From: a virus
Lineage: Duplodnaviria > Heunggongvirae > Uroviricota > Caudoviricetes
IMG/VR virus record: IMGVR_UViG_2660238215_000016
Coordinates: 1 to 10,639 of that record
Direction: 5' to 3' (one strand)
DNA length: 10,639 bases
This document shows positions 7,066-10,639 of this stretch, in pieces; position 1 is the stretch's first letter, and each line of letters starts with the position of its first letter. Below the pieces are notes generated by a model. That model did not search any database. It saw only the letters and a program-made list of their open reading frames with translations, and was not told the DNA's origin. The position numbers and the translations under genes are program-made.

Positions 7066-8425
7066 AAATTTCACACACCTGAGATACGGAATTTACGAGT
7101 TCATTAATAGGGTCATTACTATTAACGTTTTCAAGGAGAAGCTGGAGTTGTTTTAATTCACGCCAATTATCATCTGTTACTAACTTAGCAGTCTTAACTT
7201 TTGAAAGTAAATTGAAAGCTAATCTGGCAATGTATTCATTCATAATGCCAGGGGCATCAAATAGTTCCGCAAGTTGATAGTCTGCAGACCGGTTGCTAAA
7301 GTATTTTGCTTTATAAAGATAACTTTTCGACAAAGATGTTATATAACAACCTTTATTCGGCAAATTGGATATTATTTGTGGTGAATGAGTTGCAATTATG
7401 AATTGACAACCTGAGTAAGTTAAAAATGCTTTTGTTAACATAATGATAAACTCTTCCTGCCATCGAGGATGCAAGCTTATTTCCGGTTCATCAATTAGTA
7501 TTATAGAACCATCAGTTATATGCCCTGCAATTCCAAGCAACATCACTAATAAACATTGTTCTCCCGAGCTCGCACGTTTAAGTGACATGGGACCATAGCT
7601 TTTTTTTATGAGTCGCATATCCATCAATCTCATGAAGCCAGCGTTCATAAGTTTAAGAATTGATCTAGAAAAATAATTATTCGCATAAGTCGAGCCAACC
7701 AATGTTTCACCATTGGTAAAATCGACTGACAAGGTTACAGCCCTACGTTCAGGTTCAAATCGATTAATTTCAACCAGTGCTTCGTAAATATCATGACGTG
7801 ATTCGGAGTTTAACTTTAAGAGACTCTCAATATTCTTCCTGTCAATTTTTATATTGTATTTTAAATATAACTCCTTAACTTCCGTTAATATCTCATCTGA
7901 ATATACACCAATGAAGTTATAGTCAGGAGTGTCCGGTCCGTTGTAAGTTGGTTTAAATACAAACTCTATATGGGGCTCAAAATCAATAGAATGAAAAACA
8001 TCGAGTAAATTTGCAGGATTTTCTGAATAAGCAAGTTTCTCTAGCCAACCTCTCGCTGCTGAAGATAAAAGGGATACGGCATTTGATACGCCGAAGGGGC
8101 CTTCTCCACGCATACCCACATAGCGATAATTATTTTCTTTCCTTTGGTGATTTAATGACCTACGCCCTGGAGGGAATTTATCGAATGGGCTGGTAGATAC
8201 GGCAATTAACTTTGGTGTTATTTCTCTGTCAAATAATGGATTAAAAGTTTTCAAGAAATGAACATCTTGAATACAGTCTTTAGCAATCTGAGATAACAAT
8301 CTGCTTTTTCCAACGCCATTTTTACCTACAATTACTGTAAAAATATTCGCATTATCAGAAACATCACCTTCTATAGCAAGTTTTAAGGTTCGACTATCAT
8401 GATGGGTATAATATAGTCTTTTCAT
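7052..8425 (-). CDS. ABC-type (AAA_15/AAA_21-like) ATPase, PtuA-like (upstream gene of a Septu-like pair)
   Basis: 457-aa ORF with Walker A GKNGVGKS near the N-terminus, ABC-signature-like SSGEQ, Walker B IILIDEPE and H-loop IIATHSP near the C-terminus. This spacing is typical of OLD/PtuA/AriA-type ABC ATPases. AT-rich; overlaps the downstream HNH gene. Confidence 0.85.
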   Translation of the reverse strand: MKRLYYTHHDSRTLKLAIEGDVSDNANIFTVIVGKNGVGKSRLLSQIAKDCIQDVHFLKTFNPLFDREITPKLIAVSTSPFDKFPPGRRSLNHQRKENNYRYVGMRGEGPFGVSNAVSLLSSAARGWLEKLAYSENPANLLDVFHSIDFEPHIEFVFKPTYNGPDTPDYNFIGVYSDEILTEVKELYLKYNIKIDRKNIESLLKLNSESRHDIYEALVEINRFEPERRAVTLSVDFTNGETLVGSTYANNYFSRSILKLMNAGFMRLMDMRLIKKSYGPMSLKRASSGEQCLLVMLLGIAGHITDGSIILIDEPEISLHPRWQEEFIIMLTKAFLTYSGCQFIIATHSPQIISNLPNKGCYITSLSKSYLYKAKYFSNRSADYQLAELFDAPGIMNEYIARLAFNLLSKVKTAKLVTDDNWRELKQLQLLLENVNSNDPINELVNSVSQVCEIYAKN

Positions 8426-8481
8426 TTTATTTTTCTCTCATTAAAATGCTCTTAATTAAGAATACCTATGCCTTTAACAGG

Positions 8482-8510
8482 CTCATAGTTATGATTTGTG
8501 ATGCTTTCAA
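8482..8510 (-). promoter_or_regulatory. Putative sigma70 promoter for the ATPase-HNH operon
   Basis: Minus strand: -35 TTGAAA (8505-8510), 17-nt spacer, -10 TATGAG (8482-8487), about 55 nt upstream of the ATPase ATG, in an AT-rich leader. Confidence 0.3.
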
Positions 8511-8809
8511 AAGGGTATGTAACTAAGTATTGAACTCTACACCTAAGATTCTAAGATTTTTAAATTAAAGTAGTTAAACATGCTTTTGATTGTACTCATT
8601 CTATGTCCATCGTTGCTGCATGTCTAGATATCGTGCCCCGCTATTGTTATGTAATGATATGATGGACGCCCTGTCTGAAGCAGCCAGTGAAATATTTTTA
8701 CTGTCTGCGTTTTCTACAGGAGTAAATCACATGAGCACAATCAGAGTTGTTGGTATTGATATTGACCTGTGCCCAATTTTTTGAGACATATATTGGTACG
8801 CTCTTGGCA

Positions 8810-8831
8810 CAGGGCTGCTGCTGCAGCCCTG
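8810..8831. other. Strong 9-bp hairpin (CAGGGCTGC-TGCT-GCAGCCCTG) immediately downstream of the recombinase fragment
   Basis: Perfect inverted repeat read from sequence; no adjacent U-tract. May be a terminator-like structure or a recombination/attachment-site remnant. Confidence 0.4.
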
Positions 8832-8837
8832 ACAGCT

Positions 8838-9083
8838 TTAGACTTCGATCGATTCAGAGATCTCTAATGCATCATCAACTTCTATACCCAGATAACGAAC
8901 TGTGCTTTCCGTTTTCTTATGGCCCAACGGAAGTTGGATCACCCGGAGATTCTTAGTTTTCTTGCAGACAAGGCAAGGTTTTGTTCTTCTCATGGAATGT
9001 GTGCTGTAAAGCGAATCTTCGAGACCAAGCTTTTCTCCCCCCTATGAAAGATTCGGTTATATTGCAGGATTGATATGTGTTGG
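8838..9083 (-). pseudogene. C-terminal fragment of a tyrosine recombinase/integrase (truncated remnant)
   Basis: Minus-strand frame translates to ...FHRGGEKLGLEDSLYSTHSMRRTKPCLVCKKTKNLRVIQLPLGHKKTESTVRYLGIEVDDALEISESIEV*, carrying the C-terminal catalytic signature H-x-x-R ... LGH ... T-x-R-Y. Only about 80 codons are open (stop at 9084-9086), and a full-length integrase cannot fit before the 280-aa gene, so it is a truncated relic. Different frames in the neighbouring 8953..9135 and 9206..9406 ORFs are consistent with decay. Confidence 0.45.
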
Positions 9084-9463
9084 TTAGTACCGACCCGAGA
9101 TCGGAACAAGTAGTCTTTACTGCGTAAATTGCCAAGCTTTATCAATGCAGAAACAGCTTCTCTTGTCCCTTTGGTTATCTCAAATTGGATAGGACTGCCA
9201 GTTTTTCAGTTGCAGCACCGTAGCTCTGCTTGAAACCGAGCTAAATCACGCGTTTTACCTTCCAGTTCAAGCCGGATTTGGAGCCCCCAGATATGAGATA
9301 TCTGAAGTGGTCTTTTTGGGCCTATGATACTGTCTTTGTTCCTCGGTGACGTATTCATACTCAAATCTCCTGCAATGTGGAAGATTTGAGTATGGTTGTC
9401 TCTCAAGAGCGAAATAGGTCAACTATAACTAGTTGTTGTGCATGTACGAATTCTGCCAATTAA

Positions 9464-10306
9464 TTATTGACAATAAAAAATTCTGGAATGTTCGAAATCA
9501 TCATATCGAATTATAATCTGGTTGACTGCATCTATTGTTGGCGCCATTTCAGTTATAATATCTCGATAACCTAAAGAGTTAAATACATTTACTAAGGCCT
9601 CACACCGCAGGCCAATAGCAATTACGACATTATAAATTGCCAGCCGTTTATTTTCTTGTTTAACTGCAAGAGTGAGTTCGATAGCAGTAGTTTTATCGCT
9701 TTGGATTGCATTATATAGAGATACTATATTTGCCATATCATCAGAGAATGTATGTATTGAATCACAAAGAGGGACGTAATAGGCATGATAGTGTGTTTCC
9801 CAGCCAATTACTTCGAAAAGCTTTTTGGTTCCAGGATATTCAGGTGTATTTGGCCACAATCTATTAAACATATCAGTTAGCTCTTTTCCGATACGAATCC
9901 TTTCATCTGCTGCTGGATTAGTCATTTCTTTGGATTTTAAACACTCCAGCCACCGTTTCCCATTACTATGAACTAATTTCTTACTACCCTTGAGTAATGC
10001 TTGTGCATTTTTTCCATCATCAATTGCTATATAAAATTGATTGGCAGCCTGTTCCATTATAACTCTAGTTAATACTTCCGATGCTGAAAAGGCTCCGGTA
10101 CTCAAAGAAAATATAGCCTGATTACTAAGTTCATTCAGTACATTAAAGTAATGTAAAACCATCAATTTTTGTTCCACCCCCTTTAGGTTATCTATTTTAT
10201 CTTTATGCCTCTCAAATTTCGCATGGATATATTTATTTATCGCGGCTATTTTTTTTACATCTTCGTCGAAATCAAACGGGCAACGTCCAAACGATTTTTT
10301 CCTCAT
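9464..10306 (-). CDS. Hypothetical protein (280 aa), unrecognised family; accessory/defence-island cargo
   Basis: Long intact ORF with ATG start, near-consensus SD (AGGAGG, 6-nt spacing) and a perfect -10 TATAAT at 10345-10350 upstream. AT-rich like the ATPase/HNH genes. No motifs I can assign with confidence. Confidence 0.75.
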   Translation of the reverse strand: MRKKSFGRCPFDFDEDVKKIAAINKYIHAKFERHKDKIDNLKGVEQKLMVLHYFNVLNELSNQAIFSLSTGAFSASEVLTRVIMEQAANQFYIAIDDGKNAQALLKGSKKLVHSNGKRWLECLKSKEMTNPAADERIRIGKELTDMFNRLWPNTPEYPGTKKLFEVIGWETHYHAYYVPLCDSIHTFSDDMANIVSLYNAIQSDKTTAIELTLAVKQENKRLAIYNVVIAIGLRCEALVNVFNSLGYRDIITEMAPTIDAVNQIIIRYDDFEHSRIFYCQ

Positions 10307-10344
10307 ATATTCCTCCTGTTTTACAATCTCCCATAAGTTGGAAA

Positions 10345-10350
10345 ATTATA
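10345..10350 (-). promoter_or_regulatory. Putative -10 element (TATAAT) of the promoter for the 280-aa gene
   Basis: Perfect TATAAT on the minus strand about 40 nt upstream of the ATG; the candidate -35 (TTATTT, 17-nt spacer) is weak. Confidence 0.35.
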
Positions 10351-10568
10351 CACTGGAGATTACCTATAAATAACTGCGCACGATAGCTAGTCAGTGCAAG
10401 AAGTACAACCAAGTGAACGGTGCGTATCAGATACCTAGCTTAAAGTTCGCGATAGCCGTACTCTGTGTATTAGCTCAGACATTACCTGACAGGTTGAGTA
10501 GATAGAATCGAATCAAAGCTGACAGTCTGGTTTGGACTGTGGGGTCAACCGATGGATGCAACACACAG

Positions 10569-10639
10569 TGAACCGCCCCGGAAATCCTGGAGACTAAACT
10601 CCCTGAGAAAGAGGTAAACAGGATGACTAAAAATACTCG
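10569..10639 (+). mobile_element. Left end (terminal inverted repeat and leader) of an IS3-family insertion sequence, IS629/IS1203-like; continues beyond the window
   Basis: TGAACCGCCCCGGAAATCCTGGAGACTAAACTCCCTGAGAAAGAGGTAAACAGG followed by ATGACTAAAAATACTCG matches, from memory, the IS629/IS1203 left terminus and orfA start (MTKNTRF...). IS3-family ends begin with TG. Confidence 0.7.
10623..10639 (+). CDS. Partial CDS: IS3-family transposase OrfA, N-terminus only (MTKNT...)
   Basis: ATG at 10623 preceded by GAGG SD inside the IS left end; truncated by the window edge. Confidence 0.6.

Noticed and set aside
6974-8196. Plus-strand ORFs 6974..7156 and 8011..8196 inside the ATPase/HNH genes
   Set aside because: Antisense to strongly supported genes; AT-rich DNA readily yields spurious short ORFs.
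8590-9406. ORFs 8590..8784 (+), 8747..8956 (+), 8953..9135 (-) and 9206..9406 (-, TTG start) as independent genes
   Set aside because: They are short, mutually overlapping and lack start signals; this region is better explained as the leader of the ATPase operon plus a decayed recombinase gene read in shifted frames.
6430-10306. Retron (msr/msd plus reverse transcriptase) associated with the PtuAB-like genes, as in retron-Eco7
   Set aside because: No ORF in the island has reverse-transcriptase motifs (no YADD-type box seen), and the remaining non-coding space is better explained by the recombinase relic. A small ncRNA cannot be fully excluded by eye.
1-10639. CRISPR array or other long direct-repeat array
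   Set aside because: No regularly spaced repeats of 25-40 bp were seen; the only repeats are short A-tract motifs at 361-441 and isolated hairpins.

Overview
This window is a segment of an E. coli-type lambdoid prophage (Qin/CP-933-like nin and late-regulatory region) with every supported gene on the minus strand. From right to left the backbone reads: hok/sok-type toxin locus (mok/hokD), a Rem-like small protein, an unassigned 92-aa protein, a DUF968 YdfU-like protein, RusA resolvase, a Q-like antiterminator followed by a tR'-like terminator, a small 65-aa protein, a DNA methyltransferase, and the 5' end of a NanS-p-like esterase gene. Upstream of the hok promoter (about 6.35-10.57 kb) the sequence becomes visibly AT-rich and carries cargo: an overlapping ABC-type ATPase plus HNH nuclease gene pair (Septu PtuA/PtuB-like architecture, the main defence-system candidate), a decayed tyrosine-recombinase C-terminal fragment, and an unrecognised 280-aa gene with a strong SD and a perfect -10 box. 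The island ends at the left terminus of an IS3-family (IS629/IS1203-like) element at the right edge. No tRNA, rRNA, CRISPR array, stx genes or relBE were found. All identifications come from reading the translations and memory of protein families; no searches or computations were run.
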